DNA from: Octopus bimaculoides
Taxonomy: Eukaryota
Direction of reading: 5' to 3'
NCBI RefSeq assembly: GCF_001194135.2
Contig: NC_068987.1
Location: 5,656,948 to 5,719,928 of the forward strand
Length of the DNA stretch: 62,981 bases
Under the pieces are notes generated by a model, which saw only the letters and a list, made by a program, of their open reading frames with translations, ran no database searches and had not been told where the DNA came from. This document shows, one piece after another, positions 38,301 through 51,587 of this stretch (its first letter is position 1; every line of letters begins with the position of its first letter). The translations under genes and the position numbers were made by a program.

Positions 38301-38832
38301 TAGTGGCTAGCGATCTATCATGGTGAATGCCGGACAGAGGGGTCACACAGGAGAGCTAGGAAGAAGGGGAGATAATAAAGTAGTGGTGATCCCAAAACGA
38401 AGATGAGCGTGCGTGTGTATAAGAGCATGTATGTGCGTGTGGAAGAGGGCTGGTGACCTTGACGTGTGCGAGTGTGTATGTGTAGGTGTGTGGATGATGG
38501 TGTGGGGCTGGGAAGTGGTCAGTACTAGAGTGTGCGTGATGGTGTGATGTGATATGGTGTTGTGTGGTGTGGTGGTGTTGGAATGTGGGGTGGCGAGAAT
38601 GGGGAAAGCAAGAATCGGGTGTGGGTTAGGCTGTGGGTGTGGGTAGANNNNNNNNNNAGCAAGAGAGGAGAGGTGGGTGGGAGGAAGTACGTGTGAGAGG
38701 AAGAGAGGAGAGGGGAGGAGAGTTAAGCCCATGTGGAGCAAATGAGCGAAGAGAGAAGATTAATCCCTGTTTTATATACATACATGCATGTATATATATA
38801 TATATATACATGTACACACACACACACACACT

Positions 38833-38871
<39 letters not shown>

Positions 38872-39199
38872 GCATATATTTGTATATAAATGTGTATGTA
38901 TTTACATATGTATACACAAACATACGTATGTATGTTTTATTTAATCGGAAGTTATAAAGTGCCATAATGACCGAAAGTTTGTGTAACCTATATATATATA
39001 CAATATATACATACATAAAGCAGGCGGCGAGTTGTCAGTGCCTCAAAGTGCTGGTTCAGAATTTCTACGCTCTGAGTTCAATTCCTGCCGAGGTTAAATT
39101 TGGGATTTAACCTTTTTGGGTTCGATAAAATCTACTACTTCAGGGCGGTAGAGTATCAGAACTATTAGAATAGGAGACCGGATGCAACATTGATAGAAG

Positions 39200-39533
39200 C
39201 CTTGAGTCGGATATGAACGGAAAGATGATTACTTTGGGATTTGGCAACCCACACAGACAAGCGGATCATGATAAATCGAAGCGGACATTGCTGTCAAAGA
39301 GTTGCAGGAAAGGAAATTCATCTTAACTGACGTATGGGACATTTCATCTGATAGTTTATTAAAAAAGATAGAGAAATTATCCAGATAAAATGTTCTAGAA
39401 ATAGAGATAAGGAAAATGTGCTGATTGTTGCAGATTTTAAACAGAATTCAATCCATATAATGACAGGTACCTTGAAAAGGAGTAAAATCGTGCAAACACG
39501 AAAAACGAAACCCAAGGCCTTACAATAATAATA

Positions 39534-39585
<52 letters not shown>

Positions 39586-40318
39586 TAAAATGCAATCACT
39601 AAAAATTTGAAATAGGAATAATTTAGAGCATGCAAACGGTAAAGGTAGTGCCTATAATTGGTGCACTGGGAACAGTAAGACCAGATATAGGTAAATGGCT
39701 GAGGGAGATCAAATAGAATGTCCAGTAGAGCTTCTACGGAAAGCAAACGATGCTGGATAATAGATATAGCATGCCCAGCTGACAACAAGGTATGCGACAA
39801 GGAAGAAAGAAAAGTCGATAGATATGCCAGGTTAGCTTGGGAGGTTAAGAAGTTGTGGTCGCTGAAAAAGGTGGTAGTAGTACCAATAATTGTCGGACTA
39901 CAACAGAAGAACTTGTCTGTTTATAGATATGTCTGTCCCACAATATCAAAATTCTCAAGAAAAGAATAGGAAAAGTTTTTTCACTATAAAGATCTGCAAA
40001 TTGAAATCATAAAAATGTGGAAGCTTAGTAGTATAATAATACCAGTAGAAATTGGTTCGTTGGGAATGATAAAGAAGGGAGCTGAGAAGTATATTAAGCA
40101 ACTCCCTGGTAACTCCAGCTTCCGTGACCTACAAAAGATAACCTTGATGGGTACAGCCCATATACTACGGAAAGCACTCTCCTTCTAAAATGGAATAAAT
40201 GTGGTGATAATTTTAGCATGCATAGCAAAACAAAAGTGCCATTGCTTCTCTTGGCCTCCGAAGGATGCCCGGTACTAAGGCAGCTGAAATAAAGTTATAA
40301 CGAAATGAAACCACATAT
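39200..40318 (+). mobile_element. Stack of four distinct R4/Dong-like RLE 3' fragments
   Basis: About 39225-39440 LWDLATHTDKRIMINR/DIAVKELQERKFILTDV...LEIEIRKM; about 39620-39745 VKVVP/IIGALGTVRPDIGKWLREIK; 39747-39897 KRCWIIDIACPADNKVCDKEERKVDRYARLAWEVKKLWSLKKVVVVPIIVG; 39900-40188 CLFIDMSVP...YKDLQIEIIKMWKL...IPVEIGSLGMIKK...LQKITLMGTAHILRKALSF*, then 3' UTR and (TAA)n at 40320. Confidence 0.85.
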
Positions 40319-40387
<69 letters not shown>

Positions 40388-40419
40388 GATAAAAATATTA
40401 ATCGTAATATAATGGTTTC

Positions 40420-40625
40420 AACTTTTGTTTCAAGGCCAGCGATTTTCAGAGAAGAGGGCAAATCGATTACATCGATCCCAGTGTTATGCTGGTTCTGATG
40501 TTATCGTCCCCGAAAGATGAAAAGCAGACTTGGGCGGAATTTCAAATCAAAATGTACACAGTCGGAAGAAATGCCTCTAGGCGTTTTATCCGACTCAGTA
40601 ACGATTCTGCCAGCTCGTCACTTTA
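40420..40625 (-). mobile_element. SINE family A (diverged)
   Basis: aatcgattacatcgatcccag...ggcggaatttc...aacgattctgccagctcg. Confidence 0.75.
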
Positions 40626-41439
40626 TAAGATTTATAATAATACATAACACAGTTAATAGCGGTACTAGGCTTTCAATTAGTATTCTGTAGAATGGGTGTT
40701 TTCAGTATAACAACACAAAAACGAAATGAAACACTGCATGTATTTAACACATTTGAATCTGTGTGCGGTTGTGCATAACGATGTGTGACTGTTGTGTGGA
40801 AGGGAAATATAACAGTTTATGATATTCAAGTATTCGCAAAGAGCATTCATAGTGTAAGTAAAATGAATTGGATTCCGGTAAAAATAGATCGCAGTCAAAA
40901 GCCAAAAAAAAAGAATAGAAAAAAATAGAAAAGAATAGGAAAAAAAATGAGGACGAGAAGTAAAAGAAGAAGAACAACAACAAAGTGAATGAGAGCAAAT
41001 ATAAGCAAGTAGAGCAACAATTTGACCAGGAAAAAATTTGTTTTGGAATAATAATTCATGCATTAGTAAAAAACAACAACAACAACAACAACAACAACAA
41101 AAAAACAAACAAACAGACAAACAAAAAAAAAACGAGTTATATGCATTGAAAGGGAAAAATATCACAAAAGCAAATCTCTCGATTGATGGAATGGTGTGAA
41201 AAACAGTGAAAGAAAAACTTGAGGAAACGATCGATAAATCTAACATTATCTTCAATTCAGTGATATCATAGGATCTTTATTATTCAATAATGTTTTTTCA
41301 TCCCTTTATCAGAAACGACAGTCCTTCTTCCAAAAGATTAACTTCAAGATTTATTTTCCCCCTCCTCTCCACGTTCGTACGACAACTGCAAGTCTTATAT
41401 TATATTTCTCTTTTAATTAACTTTCTATATCTCCATCAC

Positions 41440-41489
<50 letters not shown>

Positions 41490-41966
41490 CACCGTACCTC
41501 TCATTTCTATCTCCTTCTATATGCGAGTGTTAATACGGTTAAGAACCTTTAACCTGTCGGATTGATCTGTTATGATTCGATATAAAATCCTGTATATAAT
41601 TATTTTCTTCCATAGCAATGAAACGTACCAAAAAACCGCGAGTGAAGATGAAGGATTAAATTATCAACATAAAAAAAGCGAGTCTATAATTCCATTTAAA
41701 ATGTTCTCCTTAAGCAATGGCCATTGGTTCTTTGAAAAGCACGACGCCCGATAACGAAGATGGCAGCATCAGCGTTCAGTTTATATTGGTGAGAAATTCA
41801 AAGTGTTATCAGGTGTTGGGGAACAGAGACATAGAAACAGTAAGAGTCAAAGCCATTATACGGTGTTGTAGTTGCCTGGTATTATTATAAGATTATTGGG
41901 GTTTATGGATGTATTGGCAAGTTAGATGGACGGATTTTCTTGTTGCAGTCTAGAATGAATTCCTTC

Positions 41967-42010
<44 letters not shown>

Positions 42011-42434
42011 NNNNNNNNNNNNNNNNNNNNNNNNNNNNNNNNNNNNNNNNNNNNNNNNNNNNNNNNNNNNNNNNNNNNNNNNNNNNNNNNNNNNNNNNNN
42101 NNNNNNNNNNNNNNNNNNNNNNNNNNNNNNNNNNNNNNNNNNNNNNNNNNNNNNNNNNNNNNNNNNNNNNNNNNNNNNNNNNNNNNNNNNNNNNNNNNNN
42201 NNNNNNNNNNNNNNNNNNNNNNNNNNNNNNNNNNNNNNNNNNNNNNNNNNNNNNNNNNNNNNNNNNNNNNNNNNNNNNNNNNNNNNNNNNNNNNNNNNNN
42301 NNNNNNNNNNNNNNNNNNNNNNNNNNNNNNNNNNNNNNNNNNNNNNNNNNNNNNNNNNNNNNNNNNNNNNNNNNNNNNNNNNNNNNNNNNNNNNNNNNNN
42401 NTATGTATGACAGAAAATGGAGAAATATTCTTTT

Positions 42435-42627
42435 TTACTCTAGACCCAAGGCCGGAAATGTTCGGAAGGGGACTAGTCGATTCGACTAGATCGACCCAGT
42501 ACGCAATTGGTACTTAGTTTATCGACCCCGAAAGGATGAAAGGCAAAGTCGACCTCGGCGGAATTTGAACTCAGAACGTAACGGCAGACGAAATACCGCT
42601 AAGAGTTTCTGCCAGCTCGCCGCCTTA
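42435..42627 (-). mobile_element. SINE family A
   Basis: tcgacccagtacgcaattggtacttag...gtcgacctcggcggaatttgaactcagaacg...tctgccagctcgccgcctt, with an internal deletion. Confidence 0.9.
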
Positions 42628-43149
42628 AAATGTAGAAATATTGATGAAGCACAATTGCCTTGCATCAAATCAGAGCGAAAAATAAATAAAAAAGAAGAGC
42701 CTAGAGAAGAAAAAGGAAAAGTTGAAAACGGTTAAAAATCCTACCATTTTGCTTGTGTATCTCTTTGGGACGTTAAGTAAATGACTAAACTTAAAATAGC
42801 ATTTGGTGGATTAATCCCTTGTACGAGGGGGGATAGGATGGATAAAAAAAATAATTGTGGGATACGCCAATAGGTATAAGTCGGAGAAGGGGTGAAGATA
42901 CAATAAGGTTTTTAATTAATCATGGTAATTTTTAATAATTATGTTTATGGCACAAATTAATATATTTATCATAACGAAGTGCTAATCGATTAAATGTAAT
43001 TTTTTTTATTTATTTGCTAATAGGTGGTTAAGCTCTTCTACCTGTTGTCCGAGTTGAGATAGGCAAATGTCCAACTCTCGATGTATTTGGTCAGGTGAAA
43101 ATTGAAAACAAAAGATCAACTATTGAGATCGTTACACGGTGTAAGATGC

Positions 43150-43537
43150 GGAGGCACAATGGCCCAGTGGTTAGGGCAGCGGACACGCGGTCGTGGGATC
43201 GCGGTTTCGATTCCCAGACCGGGCGTTGTGAATGTTTGTTGAGCGAAAACACCTAAAGTTCTACGAGGCTCCGGCAGGGGTTGGTGGCGAACCCTGCTGT
43301 ACTCCTTCACCACAACTTTCTCTCACCTTTACTTCCTGTTTCTGTTGTGCCTGTAATTCAAAGGGTCAGCCTTGTCACACTCTGTGTCACGCTGAATCTC
43401 CCCGAGAACTACATTAACGGTACACGTGTCTGTGGAGTGCTCAGCCACTTGCACGTTAGTTTCACGAGTAGGCTGTTCCGTTGATCGGATCAACTGGAAC
43501 CCTCGTCGTCGTAACCGACGGAGTGCCAACAACAACA
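43150..43537 (+). mobile_element. SINE family D, full length (tRNA-like head, (AAC)n tail)
   Basis: ggaggcacaatggcccagtggttagggcagcggacacgcggtcgtgggatcgcggtttcgattcccagacc head; its 3' ~190 bp are shared with family C; ends gacggagtgcc(aac)n. Confidence 0.92.
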
Positions 43538-44224
43538 GGGATAAGATAAATAAATAAATGAATGGAAAATGGTGTATGTTGTAAGGGGCCTTAATCGTTG
43601 TTTCCTTTACCTGTTATGTCAAATCTGATCGAACAGAACTGTGAACACAAGCAGTTTGTCTATTTGAAGAAAGTATAGAACTACATAAGAAAAATGTGAC
43701 TTCTTTATTTAAGGAGGGAGAATTGTTTGAACTGAGGCAAATTTATCTCCTATTTCCTGTAAATCAAGTGACTACGTAGAGCTTCACTCATTAGAATATA
43801 TCTGTGTGGGTGTGCGTAAGTGTGTGTGCATGCGTGCGTGCGCGCGCGGTGTGTGGTGTGTTTGTGTGCTTTTGTGTGTGTGTGTGTGTTTGTGCGTGTC
43901 TTTGTATGTTTTGTGTGTGTGTGTGTATGTGTGTCTGTATATGTGTGTGTGTGTGTGTGTGTGTCTGAGGCGAAGGATATGTCTACTGCTTGAGATGTGC
44001 AAATAGTTAATGGCGAATGAGCGGTTAGCAGATGTTTTACGAAGAAATATTGTCTGGAAATGAAATAAAATTTCAACTGCTATGACGCACTGCGGGGTCT
44101 TCCCAGATGTTGTCCATGCGTTTGTTAATGTAGTGTTTATCGATTGTTACAAATAATGACAACATAGAAAGAAATGCGTAGAAAAACGTAAAGGGGATTG
44201 ATATTAGAATATGACTAAAATAAT

Positions 44225-44580
44225 ATACTTTTCTACTCTAAGCACAAGGCCCGAAATTTTGGGGGAGGGGGCCAGTCGATTAGATCGACTCCAGTACGCA
44301 ACTGGTACTTAATTTATCGACTTCGAAAAGATGAAAGGCAAATTTAAGGCAAAAATTTCAGGCCTTGTGCCTAAAGTAGAAAAGAATCGGTAGCATGCTG
44401 GGCGAAATGCGTAGCGGTATTTCGTCTGCTGTTACATTCTGAGTTCAAATTCCGCCGAGGTCGACTTTACCTTTTATCCTTTCGGGGTCGATAAATTAAG
44501 TACCAGTTGCGTACTGGAGTCAATCTAATCGATTGGCTCCCTCTCCCAAAATGGCTGCCCTTGTGGCAACATTTGAAATT
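44225..44580. mobile_element. Rearranged SINE family A cluster (minus 44225-44342, plus 44345-44580)
   Basis: The 3' halves of family A occur in both orientations within about 350 bp. Confidence 0.85.
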
Positions 44581-45763
44581 ATTATTATTATTAAAAAAAA
44601 ACATAGATACTATACCAGGAAGAAAGTCAACGTTACACACACACAAACTAAAAACAAATGGCAGAAAACTCCGGCTTTGTTTTTCTCATTGTCTTTAAAC
44701 CAACATTTCTTGTTTTGAATTTGTTAATATTTTTATATAATAAAAACATTTTCTCATTTAATGTTGTTTTTATTGTTTCCTTTTACACATATTAAATTTA
44801 AAGAGAAATAAAAAAAAATGTAAAACAGCCATTTTACTCATACGCATATGTTTAAGAAATAAATCATGATTATTTAGAGTCTTTACGTTCTGAGTTCAAA
44901 TTCCGCCGAGATCGACTTTGCCTTTCATCCTTTCATCGACAAAATAAGTGCCAGTTGCGTACTTGGGTCCATGGAATCCAATTGCACTGATTTATTTATA
45001 TTTACATAAATCGCAAAAATGTATCACGGTGACGATGTAAAAAGCAGTGTACACACACACACACACAAACACACACAAACACACACATATACATACATAC
45101 ATACATACATACATACATACATACATACAGACACGCACAGACATTTATATATAAAGACACAAAAATGCAATAATAATCATCGTCCATTTAATGGAAATTG
45201 AGGTGCAGAAATGACAGCATGGTTAAGTAGTTCGCATCGCAACTAAGCGATCGCGGGTTCGGATCCTGCGTGACACAGTCAGTAAATGTCTTCTGCGTAG
45301 CCGCGCTTTGATCAATGCTTCATGAGTGACGTTAGGGAACCTGCCATTTATGTATGTATGTATGTATGTGTGTTTGTATGTATGTATGTATGTATGTATG
45401 TATGTATGCGTGCACCTACACCTGAATGCATGTACATATTTACAAGCATATGTATGAATATATATATATATTTATATATATATATACATATATATATACA
45501 CACACACAGATAGACAAACACACACATACATATATCTTTTATGTATATGTAGACACATATTCATACGGATATACATGCATATATGCAGAGCTATCTATCG
45601 ATATATCTATCGATTTATATATCCGCCTGCCTGTCTGTCTGTCTGTCTATCTGTCTATCTATCTATCTGATGTTTGTATATATTTACGTGCAAAGGAATT
45701 TTGGCAGGGGCGGCAATAAAAATGACGGATAATAACGAATAGCCATTAAATAAAAGAGGCATT

Positions 45764-45806
<43 letters not shown>

Positions 45807-45823
45807 GTGTGTGTATGTTTGTG

Positions 45824-45858
<35 letters not shown>

Positions 45859-45880
45859 GTCTGTGTGTGTGTCTGTGTGT

Positions 45881-45919
<39 letters not shown>

Positions 45920-46235
45920 CACACGTTAATACACATATTAGAATGTCTCGTTTTTCTTTAAATTTTTATTCGTTATTATCCGTCGTTTTTATTGCGCCCC
46001 CTGCTAAAATTCTTTGCACGTAAATATGTTTTTTGTATACATACAGTTTTATTAAATTCAAATTCTAAAAAGAAAAAAAAAATAGATATGAAAATAACCA
46101 TTTTCCTCACTGCATATATTTTAAAATAAATCTACTTCAGTATTTACACAACCTCCTTCATTTATTAAAAATTATTACATATTTTTCACTACTCACTGTC
46201 TTTCACTTCGCTTATATTTTCAGCCATCCCTTCCG

Positions 46236-46307
<72 letters not shown>

Positions 46308-46904
46308 GTCTGTCTGGCTGTCTGTCTGTCTATCTGTATACACATACACATATATATAAAAATAAATGTGATAGAGTGAGAGTGAAAGAGCGGGAAAGAG
46401 AGCGGACTTAAGATAAATAGATATCGCTGTGAACTTATATGATCTATTTCTGTTTTCATTCACATCTAAAGAACGCGAAAAAAATGAAAGCAACAACAAC
46501 TCGATCAATATTATCAACATTAACAAAATAAATAAATAAATAAAATAGAATCACAAAGAAAAAAAGAAAGAAGAAAATAATAACTACGAAGATAAAATCT
46601 TTTGATATATTTTGCTTTTTTTTTTACTATCGCTATTGATGTATTAGTGACTTCCGAAAATAAAATTAACCATTTTCTGTTTGTTCCTTTTAAAATTAAG
46701 TAACAATCCCTGCAAGTACTGGCAACAACCTCACCACTACCTCCACCACTGCCACCACTGTCGCCGCTGCCGTAGCTGCTACAATGAACACCATTCTTCC
46801 TGTCTCCACCACTATCGCAATCATTCTCCAAATCACTGCCGCATCAACCACTAACACAATTCAAATGGCAAATACTATCGATAGTGGTATTACTATTAGA
46901 CATT

Positions 46905-47330
46905 TAAGGCGGCGAGCTGGTAGAATCGTTAGCACGCCGGGCGAAATGCTTAGCGGTATTTCGTCTGCAGCTACGTTCTGAGTTCAAATTCCGCCGAGGT
47001 CAACTTTGCGTTTCATCCTTTCGGGGTCGATAAATTAAGTACCAGTTACTCACTGGGGTCGATGTAATCGACTTAATCCCTTTGTCTGTCCTTGTTTGTC
47101 CCCTCTATGTTTAGTCCCTTGTGGGCAATAAAGAAATAAGAAACGTTAGCACGCTGGGTGAAATTCTTAGAGACATTTCGTTCATCTTTACGGTCTGAGT
47201 TCAAATTCCGCCATAAAAATTATTTTATCGAGGCCGATAAAATAAGTACCAGTTAAGCACTGGAGACGATGTAATCAACTAACTCCATAACCTAAATTGC
47301 TACCCTTGTGGCAAATTTGGAGACCGTTAT
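46905..47330 (+). mobile_element. Two tandem SINE family A copies (first near full length with variant tail)
   Basis: aaggcggcgagctggtagaatcgttagcacgccgggcgaaatgcttagcgg...ggggtcgatgtaatcgacttaatccctttgtctgtcc...gtgggcaataaagaaataaga, then a second body. Confidence 0.92.
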
Positions 47331-47704
47331 CTGAATGACACATTGTAGATGTCACTCGAAAACCTACGGGTACCAAAATCATTTCGAAAGACGGTTTTCA
47401 AAAGAATACTTCATATTATCACTTAATTGAACGAGCCTTAAGTAGTAAAGATTGTTTGCCACCATAACATAGCAGTCCTGGTTTAGGACGAATGTTGCTG
47501 TAATTTAGTCCTAGGAGTCATCGTCTTCAGCTGGCTATACGACACGATCTGTGTCCTTATACTTTTGAGTCTTAAGTATTCAAAATACCCTTCTCCAACC
47601 AATTAAGGCGCATCTTCTGGGGTCGATGTAATCGACTCATTCCTCTCCCTCCAAATGGTTGCCTTTATGGCAAAATTTGAAACCATTATTATTATTACAT
47701 ATTA

Positions 47705-47845
47705 TTTCCCGCCTACTAAATTCAATGACAAGGCATTAGTCAGCCCGGGGGCTATGGTAGTAGACACTTACTTAAGTTGCCGAGCAAGGTGACTGAACCA
47801 GAAACCATGTGGTTGTAAAGCAAGTTCCCTAACCACACAGCCATA
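47705..47845 (-). mobile_element. SINE family B head
   Basis: gctatggtagtagacacttac...tgaaccagaaaccatgtggttg...accacacagcca. Confidence 0.75.
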
Positions 47846-48585
47846 TATGTACCTATAGCTAAATATTACATAATTTAACAGACACTACAATGTCTCTATC
47901 AGCCCCATCCACCAGCAGTAAATAAATTACCCGATGTTCAAGTCCTTACAACTATAGAAGAGATCAAATAAAGCCCTTTCTTCTATTGTATTAACTACTC
48001 AAGTAGAGTGGTATTCGATTCGGCAATACATTATTTCTGTTCTACAGCGTTCAGAAACTTTGATAAAAAGTAAATAAAAAGATGTGTGTAGATGTACTGA
48101 GATGTCATTATCAGTTCAAATTGGGATGAGGTACTATTAAGAAATTTCTTAAAGTTATCTTTACAGATTTCCTATATAAATTAGAACCATCACTGAAATT
48201 GCTTGGCTGTCATCCATTCAAGGACAATAGGTAATAGTAAACCGAATGAACTTCTCCCACATACTGACAATTGGATTAGTGTCTCGTCGAAAAGACAATC
48301 GATAATTACTAATGAGATAAGAAAAGCGGTCTTTCTTGTGAGTTCTGATGTTTTTGTTAAAAAGGACATCAAAACAGGAGAAAAAAATCGATCAAGAGGT
48401 AACGGTTATGATGAGACATTTTGACATAAGACTTCCCGTTCTGTACGCGTTATTATTTCTATATCACCATTTTTGTTGATACTTTTATATTGTTACGAAT
48501 TGTTGTGGTTCAGGTTCCCTTTAATTAGAGTCTTTAAAGAGAGGGACAGAAATAGAGAGATAGATAGATAGAGAGAGAGAGATAG

Positions 48586-48641
<56 letters not shown>

Positions 48642-48994
48642 GTGATGCCAACAGTTTACTGATTTCAATAGAACATTTTTTTATGGTGCAACTTCATTCC
48701 GTTTCATAAATAATAAGGAAAACTTTTGATTCTGTGAGAGATTTTATCTAAAATTTGTAGCCTTCCAGCCTGTTAGCTTAAATCATTTAGTCTTACAAGC
48801 TAATCAACCGTATCTTCTCTTTTTATACTTGATAACACTACTGAATATTTTTACAATAACATTCTATATAGAATTGAGAAGTTTCAGATCTGCAAAGTAG
48901 TAACAATTAGTTTCCACCACAAAGTCAAGCCCTTTTAGTGATATATTAGCTTCTGTGCCTAAATAACCCTGTGATCTATACCAACAAACTTGAT

Positions 48995-49232
48995 AGACTT
49001 GATAGACGGAAACTGAAAGAAGTTCGGCGTATGTGTGTGTGTTTGTCTTTGTGTTTGCTTGTCCTTCACCACACCGCTGTTGGTTGGTTTAAGTCCCCGT
49101 AAATCTGCGGTTCCACAAAACACACCGATAGGCTTTAAAATACTGGAGTCAATTCGTTCGACTAAAAGGCGGTGCCCCAGCATGGTCGCATTTCAATGGC
49201 TGAAACAAGTAGAAAATAAAAGATTTAAAAAG
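48995..49232 (+). mobile_element. SINE family B (end of head, TG run, 3' module)
   Basis: gacggaaactgaaagaagttc (TG)n ...ccccgtaaatctgcggttc...ggcggtgccccagcatggtcgc. Confidence 0.8.
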
Positions 49233-49789
49233 ACCAAACAGTGAAATCAGTCGTTCCAACCAATCATAACTTGAAACGGGGTCCCTCAATTAACGTAGGA
49301 CTTAACCCAATCAAATTCTATTGTTGTTGGTGGTGGAGCTTCTTGTCCTCGAAAGTAAAATAACAAAGAAGTGTTAATTCTACAATATTTAAAGAATTTC
49401 TATTTAAAAGTGATAAAATATTTTCGCACTTATTTTTTTAAAGTCTGGCGCTCATTCTATCTTACGCTTTTGTCGTATTACTAAGTTGCGTGGACGTAAA
49501 CAAACCAACACCAGTTGCTAAGTGATGCGTACAGGACGTCACCAACGGTGGAAATAACATTAAAAACGTAAAATCCTCCAAATGAGTAGAGAGACAGCCG
49601 ACAACTGATGAAGGGTCGTTTCTCTGTGTTTACTTTCCTGTTTTCCATTTTTGCTCGTTTGTTTACGTATTTTACGTTATTTTCTCCGTTGGTCACGTCC
49701 TGTGCCCATATAAGTATGTATATATATATATTATATATTATTTATTATTCATTATATATATATATACATATATATTTGTGTGTGGGTGA

Positions 49790-51587
49790 TTTGGACATCA
49801 AACAGTTTACGTCTACCAACTCCACCCAAAAAACCTTAATCAACTTGTAATTATAGTAGAAGACACTTACCCCAGATGCGCGCAGTGGGAATGAAACCGT
49901 AACCTCGTGGCTTCAAAGCAAACTTCTTAAAGACACAACCATGCCAGGAGACTCATACTAAGCAAAGTACTCCAGTCCAGTGATGGTTGGAAAGATTTCT
50001 CTAAAGTCTTCTCCAAAAGACAATTTGAAAAATTAGTAATATATTCCATTCTATTCACTAAGGAATATACAATTGGACGTTGATTGACGAACCATTTCCG
50101 AAACACCTGAGGTTATTTTCAAATTCATCGATTCCAGTAAATTAAGTTAATAACTGGCATATTTAATAAATGGTAAAATTTCCAATCAAATCCTAAGATT
50201 GTATGAAGAATGGAGCTTAATACAATATTCGTTGGTATTAGGAGCTGATTGGTTGGTTGTCTTGAATTCTATTACGGCTTTTATTTCATAATCCTTTGCT
50301 AGTGGAGAATTAGGCGGAGGTGATGGTGTGGATAAGAACCCTACTTTGCGACAACATGGTTCCGGGTTCAGTCCCATTGCGGTTTCTTGTGCAAGTGAGT
50401 TATACTACAGCTCTGGGCTGACCAATAATTTACGAGTGAATTCGGGAGACGAAAATTACACACGCTCAGACACACACACGCAGACAGATAGATATACAGA
50501 CACACACACATACGCGTAATCACAGAGATGTGAGTTTGAGTCTCATGGCTGGCCAGTAACGTATTTTTCTGCAATGTATGGATAATTTATTCTGATCACG
50601 CTATTTATAGCATTATCACGCGTTTGAGAAATAAACTTTGTCCATGCACAGGGGCCATCCGGANNNNNNNNNNCTCGTCTGTTGTTATTTTTTGTATATT
50701 CTCCCATATATATATATATATATATATAGTTCAAATTAATAGAAAACAAAAGATGAGGATAGATGTAGAAACAATAAACATGTATATTAGTCTAATGCTC
50801 AAAAAGAATGGAAAATACTTTTACGTTTCGAGCCTGCGCTCTTCGACAGAAAGGATTAAGAAGGAAATAAAACAGATTTCTATCTATCTATATGCACGCA
50901 AACATCTAGATAGATTGATGTGAGTATATGTATATATGTCTGTGTGTCATTGGTTTGTCTTTATTACCTCACTACCACCACCTAACAACCGGTGCTGGTT
51001 TATTTTTAACCCCTTATCACAATGGTCCAGCAAAAGAGAATGATAGAATAAGAACCAGTATTTACCAAAAAAAAAAAAAATAAAAATAAATAACACATAA
51101 ATACTGGGGTTGATTTGGTCGACTAAAAAACCTGTCAAGGCAGTGCTCTAAAATGGCCGCAAATCAATGAGTAAAACAAGCACACAAAAAATAAAAAAAT
51201 AAAAAAATGAAAGAGAGTGGATGAAGTGAGTTCTGTTTTATCTAAGTCATTAGACAGTGGCCACCCTAGGGCATCGCCTCGAAAAATGTTATTCGACCGA
51301 AGTCTCGTACTTATTCCGTCGTCACTTTTGCCGAACTGCTAGATTACGGGGATGTAAACGCACCAATATCGGTTGTCAAGTAGTGGTGGAGGACAACCAC
51401 AGACAACAGATACACACACACATACACACATGTATACGATGCGCTTCTTTGAGTTTCCGTCTGCAAAATCCACTAACTAGGTTTTGGTTAGCCCAAGGCT
51501 ATTGTAGAAGACACTCCCCCAAGGAGCCACGCAGTGGGAATGAACCAGGAACCAAACTTCTTACCACACCGCCACGCATGCGCCTAT
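49790..51587. mobile_element. Dense cluster of SINE family B pieces (minus 49790-49946, plus 50318-50455, plus 50940-51200, minus 51245-51587)
   Basis: Repeated tagtagaagacac / ggttccgggttcagtccc / ggttgtcaag / ggggatgtaaac motifs. Confidence 0.8.

Noticed and set aside
43150-43225. tRNA genes at SINE heads (also 11684, 6676, 9480-9592)
   Set aside because: A/B boxes are present, but there is no clean cloverleaf and each continues into a multi-copy SINE body.
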